In this document: positions 8,159-16,630 of the stretch, in pieces | Layout of the letters: each line of letters opens with the position of its first letter | Position numbering within the stretch: position 1 is the stretch's first letter | Origin: Myxococcota bacterium | GTDB lineage: Bacteria; Myxococcota_A; Polyangia; Nannocystales; Nannocystaceae | Assembly: GCA_039028615.1 (NCBI GenBank) | Contig: JBCCHT010000052.1 | Location: forward strand, 28,821 to 92,820 | DNA: 64,000 nucleotides | Reading direction: 5' to 3' | Made by a program: the position numbers and the translations under genes | The notes under the pieces: generated by a model | What the model was told of the DNA's origin: nothing | The model's database searches: none | Seen by the model: the letters and a program-made list of their open reading frames with translations, nothing else

Positions 8159-11100
8159 TCAGTCGTGCTCGTGACTCGCCGAGTCGTCAGCGTCGCCCGA
8201 GCCTTCCTCGGCTTCATCGCTCGGCTCGTGTGCCGCTGCCGGCATTGGCGTCGCGGTGCGAGCGCTACGGAGCAGCCGAACGACCCGAGCCGGCGCGAGG
8301 CTCAGCCACGAACCCAGCTCCTCGGCGTCCGTCTCGAGCAGCTCGCCCACGGTCGTGACGCCGTGGTGCCGCAACATCGACACGTGGTGACGCGCAATCC
8401 CGGACACGTCACTCAGCAACTGTGCCGCGACGTCTTCGCCGATCCCGTGTGCGCCGTGCTTTTCGTGCTTGCCGTGCTCGCTGTGGTCCATCATGCGAAA
8501 GCGAACGGTGCCGTCGAGGTCCAGATGCGCCATCGACATCACCATGCCGGTCGCGGGAGTCGGATGGGACGGCGCCTCGATGGCCGGCGGGGCTTCCCGG
8601 GCAAACGCAGCCGCAACCTGCGCATGAGGGACTCGAACCGGATCGGCGAACCGGACCCGAGCGTCCTCCTTCGCCGCCGAGGATGCAGCCGCGAGCTTCG
8701 AGCCCCGGGCGTTCTTGCCGTCGTGCTCGGCACAAGGCCCGGGCTCTTCGGGGCGCCCGTCGCCCGGATCCCCGGCGCAAACGCAGGCCGCGAGCCGCCG
8801 AGCATCGATCCCGTTGCGCTCGAGCAACTTCGCCACCGCGGGCTCCACGGCCAGGCATCGGAGCAGTCGGCATAGCTCGTCACGCGGCTCGTTCCCCGAC
8901 TCGGGTCGACCGGTGGCCGGTCCGAGTGCGGTGGGCTTGACCGAGAAGGTTCGCGTTTGCTCCCGCATGAACACCCGGCCGGCACGGGACCGCCCCCTCA
9001 CCCGCACCCGACACTGGTAGATGCCGCGGTGGGCCGCAGGGAGGTTCAGCGTGGCGAGCCCGTCGTCGGACGCGACCAGCTGGTGCTCGCTCACTCGCCC
9101 CAGAGGGTCGGTCACCGTCGCCCGCGCCGAGATCGTCCCGGGCAACGCGAGTCCGTACTGCGACAACGCGACCACCAGCGACAGCGCTTCGCCCGGCGCC
9201 AACGCTTCGGCGGGGGAGTACACGCTCATGGCGAGGTTCGACCGCGTCTGCACGATCGCGCTGTAGGGCACGCTGCCCTTGGCCGCGTGGTCGAACAGCG
9301 CGGACGCGACCCCGTCGTCGCGATGGGTCTGGGACTTCGCAGAGCGAGCCTTGGTCAGCGCCCGGATGCGGTCCGACGACAGCCGAACCCGAGCGGTCCA
9401 GCGCCCCGCGTGGCCGCCGGCCCCTGCCGCGGCAACCGGTAGCCCGACCCGTAGCCGGGTATCCAGACGATGAACGTCCAGCGTGGCCCCACCGAGCGCT
9501 CCGGCCTCGATGACGTGCCCACCCGGCGTCGTGAGCGAGATATCCAGCAAGGGTGCAACCGGCGACAGCACGATCAGGTCCACGGCCACGTCGGCCTCGC
9601 ACAGGTCGAACGGGATTTCGGCCACGTCCTCGAGACCCAGTCGCCCTTGCGGATCGACGACGATCTCGTTGCCTTTGATGCCCGCCAAGATCTGCACGAA
9701 GTACTTCGTGAGCAGGAAGCGGCGCTCGTCGGCGTCGAGGGTCCCCGTGATGAGCATGTACTTGGAGATGGCCCCCAAGGTGTCCTCGCTGACGTTGCCC
9801 TCTCGACCGAGGCCGATGGCGTACAGCGCCCCATCGAGCGCCGCGACCTCCGTCGGCACCGGCTCCTCGAGCACAAAGGGGTGAATATTCTCGTTGCCGT
9901 CGGTCAGGCACACGACCGCGGTGTTGTCGTACACGGAGCTCGGATCCGAGAGCACACTGGAAAGCTGCGATACGCCTTCGATCAGGCCGAGGCCGATGGC
10001 CGTGGACCCGAACGCCGGCTGAATCGCCGAGCCCTCGAGCACCGTCGTCACCGATCCCGCGCTCAGGGGCGCGAGCGGCAGCGGGGTCGTGATCGCGTCG
10101 TCGAAGAACACCAGCGACGCCGCATCGTTCGAGTCCATGAGATCGGTGACGACCTCGAGCGCCTCGGTCAGCAGCTGGAACTTGGTCGTGCCTCCCCCCG
10201 CGTCCCCGCTCATGCTGCCCGAACGATCGGACACGAACGCGATGGCGGACCGACGCGAGATCGGGGTGGCCGTGGTGTTGAAGGTCCAGCTGTCGATGAT
10301 GAACTCTCCGCCTTCGGCGTCCGCGAACAGAGCCTCGTCGTCGATGATGTAGGCCTCGACCATCACGGAGCCGCTGCTCTCCGCGTCGAGGCTCGCCCCG
10401 GCGGCGAGGGCCGCCGCCGCATCGAACTCGACGTAGAGGGTCACGTCGCGCGCGGTGAAATCGTCGCGCTTCGGCTCGATGACCTGCATCCATCCGCTCG
10501 GTACGCCGATCCCGTCCCCGCTCATCCCGGTGACGCGAAACCGTACCTCGCGACAGCCCTCGACGGAGAAGGTCAGCGGGCGATGGGTGGTGAGGTCCTC
10601 GTCGACTCCGCCAAAGGCGACGGTGGTGGACGGCGGACTGATACGCGGCAGGTCGCTGTCGTACCAGACGTCGGTGGAGTGCAGGTCGAGGTGATCCATC
10701 GGCCGGCGTAGCGGCGGCAGGTTATAAAACGCCGGGTTGGTGACCGACATGTCATCGCCGAGGTTGTGGCCGGGGTTGGCCCCGCTGGTCGGCAGGTAGT
10801 CCGTCTGCGGCCACTTGTCTTGCCAGATCGACCAGAGGCGATCGATGGCGGCGTGATGCAGGAAGAACACCGGGTCGTTCGGCGAGGCGGCGTCGGCCAT
10901 GTTGCCGCCGACCCAGTTGTGCACGGGGTTGTGCAGCAGCCCTTCGAGGATCTTGCGAAAGCTCGAGAAGAACTCGTCTTCGGTGGTGTCGTCGTCCTCG
11001 TGCCACGGCAAGGCGTCGTAGGGACGGTCCTGCATCGTGAACTGATTCCAAAACGGGATCGGCAGCAGGACCTCGTCCTCCCCCAACTCCTCTGGATCGG

Positions 11101-11590
11101 TCGTCGGATTCGGAGCGACGACTCGCGTGAGTGCATCCGAGGTACCCGGGACATCCTTGATGTTGATCGTCCAGTTCCCTCCAGAGAATGCGAACGGGCC
11201 GTCGGTGACGACCCCTCCAAAGCCGCCGAGGAACTCGGGCGTGAAGGGCCATCCGTCGTCGCCGGCCTGTCGGGCCCGGGTCCAGTCCCAGTACGGCACG
11301 GTGATGGTGTCGTCCCCCGAGACGGTGCGAAGGTCGGCCTCGAACTGACGCAACATCTCGCGATGCCACGGCCCGAACGCCGCGCCACCGTGGATGTTGG
11401 TCGCCGCATTCAGGGCAACCTGGTGCAACCAGACGTAGTCGTCGTAGCGGCTCTCCGCCCCGTCGTCCTGCGCCGCGGGGATGATGCTCGCGCCGCCGGG
11501 TTCAGTGGGATCCTTGAGCTTGAGGATGGCTTGGACGAACGCGTTCCGCTCGTCGTCATCGAGTTCTTTGACGTTCTTTCGACACTTCAT
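8159..11590 (-). CDS. Tyrosinase-domain protein fused to a vWA domain and a His/Met-rich C-terminal region
   Basis: CuA region WLHQ...IHGGAAFGPWHRE, CuB region HNPVHNWVGG...SPNDPVFFLHHAAIDRLW; vWA MIDAS DRSGSM...TDG; start at 11590 or 11611. Confidence 0.88.
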   Translation of the reverse strand: MKCRKNVKELDDDERNAFVQAILKLKDPTEPGGASIIPAAQDDGAESRYDDYVWLHQVALNAATNIHGGAAFGPWHREMLRQFEADLRTVSGDDTITVPYWDWTRARQAGDDGWPFTPEFLGGFGGVVTDGPFAFSGGNWTINIKDVPGTSDALTRVVAPNPTTDPEELGEDEVLLPIPFWNQFTMQDRPYDALPWHEDDDTTEDEFFSSFRKILEGLLHNPVHNWVGGNMADAASPNDPVFFLHHAAIDRLWSIWQDKWPQTDYLPTSGANPGHNLGDDMSVTNPAFYNLPPLRRPMDHLDLHSTDVWYDSDLPRISPPSTTVAFGGVDEDLTTHRPLTFSVEGCREVRFRVTGMSGDGIGVPSGWMQVIEPKRDDFTARDVTLYVEFDAAAALAAGASLDAESSGSVMVEAYIIDDEALFADAEGGEFIIDSWTFNTTATPISRRSAIAFVSDRSGSMSGDAGGGTTKFQLLTEALEVVTDLMDSNDAASLVFFDDAITTPLPLAPLSAGSVTTVLEGSAIQPAFGSTAIGLGLIEGVSQLSSVLSDPSSVYDNTAVVCLTDGNENIHPFVLEEPVPTEVAALDGALYAIGLGREGNVSEDTLGAISKYMLITGTLDADERRFLLTKYFVQILAGIKGNEIVVDPQGRLGLEDVAEIPFDLCEADVAVDLIVLSPVAPLLDISLTTPGGHVIEAGALGGATLDVHRLDTRLRVGLPVAAAGAGGHAGRWTARVRLSSDRIRALTKARSAKSQTHRDDGVASALFDHAAKGSVPYSAIVQTRSNLAMSVYSPAEALAPGEALSLVVALSQYGLALPGTISARATVTDPLGRVSEHQLVASDDGLATLNLPAAHRGIYQCRVRVRGRSRAGRVFMREQTRTFSVKPTALGPATGRPESGNEPRDELCRLLRCLAVEPAVAKLLERNGIDARRLAACVCAGDPGDGRPEEPGPCAEHDGKNARGSKLAAASSAAKEDARVRFADPVRVPHAQVAAAFAREAPPAIEAPSHPTPATGMVMSMAHLDLDGTVRFRMMDHSEHGKHEKHGAHGIGEDVAAQLLSDVSGIARHHVSMLRHHGVTTVGELLETDAEELGSWLSLAPARVVRLLRSARTATPMPAAAHEPSDEAEEGSGDADDSASHEHD

Positions 11591-11807
11591 GGCTGGGGGC
11601 TCTGGCGGCATGTACGGCCGCGGTCGCCCCGGCCTGACGCGGTCGGAGCACGAGGCCTCGCTCACACGTCCCACGACGCCAATTTGGCGCTTCCGTGCCC
11701 ACTGCGCGCACCGTCCGGCCCGCCTGACGCGATGCGCACGCTACGCGGAGGGGTCGTCGAGGCCGGTAGCCGAGCCCGCAGCGAGGATGTGCTACATCCA
11801 TCGCTCG

Positions 11808-12425
11808 ATGTCCGCCGCCGCGCCCTCCAACAGCCCCGTACCGTCCCGGCGTAGCCGTCTGATCCTCACCGCGCTGGTGCTGATCGTGACGCTGGCCTTG
11901 GACCTGTGGAGCAAGAACTGGGCGTGGGAGAACCTCCGCCGTCAGCGGCCGATGAAGATCATCGAGCCCCACCTGGAGTTCGCGTTCAGCTTCAACCTGG
12001 GTGCCGCCTTCGGGTTCCTCAACGACGCGTCCTGGTCGCGCGTGTTCTTCATCGTGGTCACCGTGATCGCGCTGGCCTACATGACGTGGCTGGCCTTCAC
12101 CCTGCCCACGCGGCGCGGCTACGGGTTCGTGGCCATCGGCCTCATCTCGGCGGGTGCAGCGGGCAACCTCCACGACCGCCTGTTCCGCGCCAACGATGGT
12201 GGGCACTACGGCGTGGTCGACTTCATCAAGGTCAACTACCCGTGGGGCGGCTCGTGGCCGACCTTCAACATCGCAGACGCGCTGCTGCTGATCGGCGTGG
12301 GCATGCTGTTCATCTATCTCCGCCGCGAGGCCGACGAGATCGAGGGCACGGCAGAAGAGTCCAGCAAGGACGAGCCGGCCGAAGCGAGCGCCGAGGCCGA
12401 GGCGGCCACCGCCGCGGCCGACTGA
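11808..12425 (+). CDS. lspA: Lipoprotein signal peptidase II
   Basis: DLWSK, FNLGAAFG, GAAGNLHDRL, VVDFI, WPTFNIAD. Confidence 0.93.
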   Translation: MSAAAPSNSPVPSRRSRLILTALVLIVTLALDLWSKNWAWENLRRQRPMKIIEPHLEFAFSFNLGAAFGFLNDASWSRVFFIVVTVIALAYMTWLAFTLPTRRGYGFVAIGLISAGAAGNLHDRLFRANDGGHYGVVDFIKVNYPWGGSWPTFNIADALLLIGVGMLFIYLRREADEIEGTAEESSKDEPAEASAEAEAATAAAD

Positions 12426-13417
12426 TCGGGCGCCCCCGCCACGCCCAGCGCCACCAGCACGGTCAGGGCTCCGGCCATCGCCGCGGGCGCGGACCATCGT
12501 CGTCGCTCCCGGCCGCGCCGTAGCGCGGTGAGCAACGCGTCCATCGAGGCGAAGCGACACTGGGGCTCGGGCGACAGACCGCGTCGAATGACGCGGCCGA
12601 GCCAGCGCGGCACCGTGCGCCCCTTCGGTGCTCGACACCATCGCCCCGCCAGTTTTTGCTCGGCCAGCTCGGTGCAGCTACGCCCGGTGAAGGGCCGCAC
12701 GCCGTACACCGCCTCGAACATCGCCACGCAGAAGCTGAACTGGTCCGCCGCCGGCCCGACGCCATGCCCGAGGTGCTGCTCGGGCGCCATATAGGCCGGG
12801 GTCCCCACCGTACCGCCCACGCCCGTCCCATCCGGCGACTCGCAGCCCGACGCATCACCGTCTTCGTCCTGGGTCGGAGCCCGCTCTTCCGCGGTCAGGG
12901 TGAGCCCGAAGTCGGTGACCCGTACCCGCCCCTTGCGACCCACGATGAGATTGGCCGGCTTGAAATCGCGATGCACCAGGCCGGCCCGATGCGCGGCGGC
13001 CAGGCCCCGCGCCGCGCCGTCGAACACGGCGACGATCGCGTCCCAGGATCGCGACGCCTCCAGCCAAGCTTCCAGCGTCTGCCCTTCGACCAGCTCCATC
13101 GCGATCAGGCAGCGGTCGCTGCGGCCGCCGCCTCGCCGCACTCGGACCACGTCGAAGACCTGCACGACATTGGGATGCGACAGGCGAGCCATGGCCTGGG
13201 CCTCGCGAACGAAGCGCTGCCGCGAGCGAGCGTCTTCGACATGCAACGCCTTGAGGGCAACATCGCGCCCGAGCAGCGGGTCGAACGCCCGAAACACGGC
13301 GCCCATCGCTCCGCGACCGAGCTCGAAGAGCACGCGATAGCGACCAACCTGGTCCCCCGCGCACAGCTGCGAGCCGCAGGGGGGAAGGTGGGGAACGGTG
13401 GCAGTACGCGGGGGCAT
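12314..13417 (-). CDS. Short Ser/Thr protein kinase with TM helix and no ectodomain
   Basis: GRGAMG, VALK, HRDFKPAN, DFGL, GTPAYMAPEQ; the 3' end overlaps lspA on the opposite strand by 112 bp. Confidence 0.85.
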   Translation of the reverse strand: MPPRTATVPHLPPCGSQLCAGDQVGRYRVLFELGRGAMGAVFRAFDPLLGRDVALKALHVEDARSRQRFVREAQAMARLSHPNVVQVFDVVRVRRGGGRSDRCLIAMELVEGQTLEAWLEASRSWDAIVAVFDGAARGLAAAHRAGLVHRDFKPANLIVGRKGRVRVTDFGLTLTAEERAPTQDEDGDASGCESPDGTGVGGTVGTPAYMAPEQHLGHGVGPAADQFSFCVAMFEAVYGVRPFTGRSCTELAEQKLAGRWCRAPKGRTVPRWLGRVIRRGLSPEPQCRFASMDALLTALRRGRERRRWSAPAAMAGALTVLVALGVAGAPDQSAAAVAASASALASAGSSLLDSSAVPSISSASRRR

Positions 13418-13588
13418 GGGGGCTCGGCCCCCACTACGCGGCAGGTTGACACATGGATCGACACGGATCGCCGTCCGCTCACGAAGCCGTACACCGTTTG
13501 CTCGTCGAGACCCCGCCAGCGCCACCAAAGCGGGCTACGATGGGCCGTGAGCCTGAGCAACGAGCCCACCGCCGGTGGCTCCTCGCTG

Positions 13589-16585
13589 ATGCCCTCCGAG
13601 GATCCGACCCTCGCGGGAGACGGCCAGACACCGTCGGCGAACCGCTCCGCCGGCCCCGGCCTGCCCGTCCCCGGTCAGTTCGGACGCTTCGAGATCCGCG
13701 GACGACTGGGGCGCGGGGGCATGGGCGAAGTGCTCGAGGCCTTCGACCCCAACCTCGATCGACCGATCGCGCTCAAGGTCCTTCACCCGGGCACGAGCAA
13801 ACGCCACGGGCGACGGCTCGTTCGCGAGGCCAAGGCGCTGGCCAAGCTGTCGCACCCCAATGTGGTCCAGGTCTACGAGGTCGGCGAGATCGACGACCAG
13901 ACCTTCGTCGCGATGGAGCTGGTGCGCGGTCAGACCCTGCAGCAGTGGCAAGCCGAGCGCCCGCCGTGGCAGCGCTGCGTCGAGCTGTACCTGCAGGCGG
14001 GTCGAGGCTTGGCCGCTGCGCATGCGGTGGGGCTCATCCATCGCGACTTCAAGCCGAGCAATTGCATCGTCGACGACGCGGGCAAGGTCCGCGTGCTCGA
14101 CTTCGGGCTCGCGCGCAAGCAGGTCCTCACCGAGGACGAGCGGCTCGAGGAGGAACACGAGCGCTCGCTGCCCGACGAGCAGCAGATCCCGTCGTCGTTG
14201 ACGGTGACCGGCGCGGTGCTGGGCACCGTGGCCTATATGTCGCTGCAGCAGCTGTCCGGCGACCCCGTCGACGACAAGGCGGACCAGTTCAGCTTCTGCG
14301 TGTCGCTGTACGAGGCCGTGCACGGGCAGCGTCCCTTCGAAGACCAGTCGGTGGGCAAGCTGACCCTGGCCCTGATGAGCAATCAGGTCCGCCCCATCCC
14401 GAGCGACATCCGCATCCCACCGCGGCTGCGTCGGCTCTTGCTGCGAGGCTTGCACCCCGAGCCCCAGTCGCGCTGGCCCTCCGTCCAGGCCCTGCTCGAC
14501 GAGCTCGAAGACCTCATCCGCCCCCGCCGGACGATGACCATGGCCGTGCTGCTGGGCGGAGGCTTGGCTCTCGCCGCGGGCGGCCTGTGGTGGCAGTCCC
14601 GCGATCAGGACCACTGCCAGACGGAAGCCGAGCTGCGCGACGAAATCTGGACCGCCGCGACGGCCCAGTCGGTCAACGACGCCCTGCTGGCGACCGAGCT
14701 GCCCTACGCCGCCGACACGTGGTCGCGCATCGAGCCTCGATTGCAGGGCTACGCCGAGGGCTGGGCGCAGCGACGACGCGACAACTGCCGGGCGACCCGC
14801 GTCCACGGCGATCAGAGCGAGCAGGTCATGGACTTGCGCGGCGCGTGCCTGAGCACCCGCGCCCTCGAGCTTCGCGAGGCCACCGAGATCCTCGCCAACG
14901 CCGACGCGGCCGTGGCCGAGCAAGCAGTGGCCATCGTGACCGCCCTGCCCTCCCTCGAGCGTTGCGACGACGTCGAAGCGCTACGGCAGCAGGTCCCGCC
15001 GCCCGAAGACCCCGAGCAAGCAAAGCGGGTCCGAGAGCACCGCGAGCGACTCCCCCGGATCCGCGCCCTCATCGACGCAGGGCGCTACGACGACGCGGCC
15101 ACCGAGGCCGAGGCGCTGGTCGAGCTCGCGGTCACCGAGGGCCACCCGCCCCTGCAAGCCGAAGCGTGGCAGCTGCGAGGCGCGGTGTACCGACGCCAAG
15201 GTCGATTCGAGGACGCCGAAAAGGACCTCGTCGCCGCCTATGCCCTCGCCGTCGAGCACGGTCACGAGCGGGTCGCGGCCCTGTCGTCCCAGATGCTCGT
15301 GAACCTCGTCGGCGGGGCCCAGGTCCGCCACGCCGAAGGGCAACAATGGGGCGTCACCGCGCTCGCGCTGGCCCATCGCCGCTCCCCGGCCGAGGTCGCG
15401 GCCACCCTCGACGGCCTCGGGAACGTGCTGCACCAAAAGGGCGAGCTCGAGCCGTCGCTCGAGCAGCACCGTGAAGCGCTCGACATTCGCAAGCGGGTGC
15501 TCGACGCCGATCATCCCGCCATCGGGACCTCGCTCGACAGCATGGGGCGCATCTTGTTGGCGCTGGGCCGCCACGAAGACGCGCTCGAGAGTCACCTGCA
15601 GGCCCTCGAGATCCACGAGCGAGCCTACGGACCCTCGCACCCGCACGTGTCCCCCACGCTGTCCAACCTCGGGCAAGTGATGGACGCCAAGGGCGACCTC
15701 GATGCCGCCTCCGAGTATCACGGCCGCGCGCTGTCGATCCGCGAGCAGGCGCTCGGCCCCGATCATCCCGACGTCGCGGGCAGCGTGATGAGCCTGGGCC
15801 TCGCCCTTCGCAAGCAGGGCAAGCTCGAGCGCTCGCGGACCTTCCACCAGCGCGCCCTCGACATCTGGCTGAAGGTCGGCGGTGCCGAGCATCCCAACGT
15901 CGCCGTGGCCCGGATCAACCTGGGGGCCGTGCTCGACCGCCTCGGTCACCAAGAAGAAGCGCTCGACGAGTACGGCAAGGCCAAGGTCATCATCGAGCGG
16001 GCCTTCGGCTCCGAGCACCCCAACCTGGCCGCTGTGCTCGACAACATGGGCGTCGTGCTGCACGCCCAGGGCAAGCTCGACGAGGCCTACCAGCACCACC
16101 TGGAGGCCAAGGAGATTCGCAGCAAGAGCCTGGGCCCCGACCACCCTCAGGTCGCGATGTCGCTGGGCAACGTCAGCCGGCTGCTCATCGACCGCAAGGA
16201 GTTCGATGCCGCCCGCGAGCAGCTGGAGCGCGCGCTCGCCATCTTCGAGAAGGTCTACGGCACCGAGCACCCGCAGGTGGCCACGACCCTGATTCACCTG
16301 GCGCGAACCGAGCTACGCCGCGGCGACGGACAGGCCTGCATTCCCTTCGCCGAGCGCTCGCTCGAGATTCGCGCGTCCCTGGGCACCAACCCGGTCAGCG
16401 AGGCCTTCGCGCGCTTCGTCCTCGGGCGCTGCCACTGGGCGGCGGGCGACCGCAGCCGAGGGCGGAGCATGGTCGAGGCGGCCAACGCCGTGTACGACGA
16501 GTACGCCAAGACCAACGGCACGCCCGCGCACGAGCACGAGGCGATTCGCGACTGGTTGCGTGAACACGCGGCGCCCGCTCGCTGA
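13589..16585 (+). CDS. Ser/Thr protein kinase with TM helix and many TPR repeats
   Basis: GRGGMG, IALK, HRDFKPSN, DFGLAR; repeated G.dHP.VA....NLG TPR units; the ORF track N-terminus is antisense to the neighbouring kinase, so start moved. Confidence 0.93.
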   Translation: MPSEDPTLAGDGQTPSANRSAGPGLPVPGQFGRFEIRGRLGRGGMGEVLEAFDPNLDRPIALKVLHPGTSKRHGRRLVREAKALAKLSHPNVVQVYEVGEIDDQTFVAMELVRGQTLQQWQAERPPWQRCVELYLQAGRGLAAAHAVGLIHRDFKPSNCIVDDAGKVRVLDFGLARKQVLTEDERLEEEHERSLPDEQQIPSSLTVTGAVLGTVAYMSLQQLSGDPVDDKADQFSFCVSLYEAVHGQRPFEDQSVGKLTLALMSNQVRPIPSDIRIPPRLRRLLLRGLHPEPQSRWPSVQALLDELEDLIRPRRTMTMAVLLGGGLALAAGGLWWQSRDQDHCQTEAELRDEIWTAATAQSVNDALLATELPYAADTWSRIEPRLQGYAEGWAQRRRDNCRATRVHGDQSEQVMDLRGACLSTRALELREATEILANADAAVAEQAVAIVTALPSLERCDDVEALRQQVPPPEDPEQAKRVREHRERLPRIRALIDAGRYDDAATEAEALVELAVTEGHPPLQAEAWQLRGAVYRRQGRFEDAEKDLVAAYALAVEHGHERVAALSSQMLVNLVGGAQVRHAEGQQWGVTALALAHRRSPAEVAATLDGLGNVLHQKGELEPSLEQHREALDIRKRVLDADHPAIGTSLDSMGRILLALGRHEDALESHLQALEIHERAYGPSHPHVSPTLSNLGQVMDAKGDLDAASEYHGRALSIREQALGPDHPDVAGSVMSLGLALRKQGKLERSRTFHQRALDIWLKVGGAEHPNVAVARINLGAVLDRLGHQEEALDEYGKAKVIIERAFGSEHPNLAAVLDNMGVVLHAQGKLDEAYQHHLEAKEIRSKSLGPDHPQVAMSLGNVSRLLIDRKEFDAAREQLERALAIFEKVYGTEHPQVATTLIHLARTELRRGDGQACIPFAERSLEIRASLGTNPVSEAFARFVLGRCHWAAGDRSRGRSMVEAANAVYDEYAKTNGTPAHEHEAIRDWLREHAAPAR

Positions 16586-16630
16586 GCCGACGCCGCGTCA
16601 TCGCCCCCGCGAGGGCGGTCGAGACGAGCC

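Noticed and set aside
11808..12425. lspA as a dedicated part of the lipidated RiPP system
   Set aside because: It lies 48 kb away and is a general housekeeping enzyme; no evidence of specific linkage
12656..13588. N-terminal 311 aa of the 1309-aa kinase ORF
   Set aside because: Antisense to the short kinase on the minus strand; the real start is near 13547-13589
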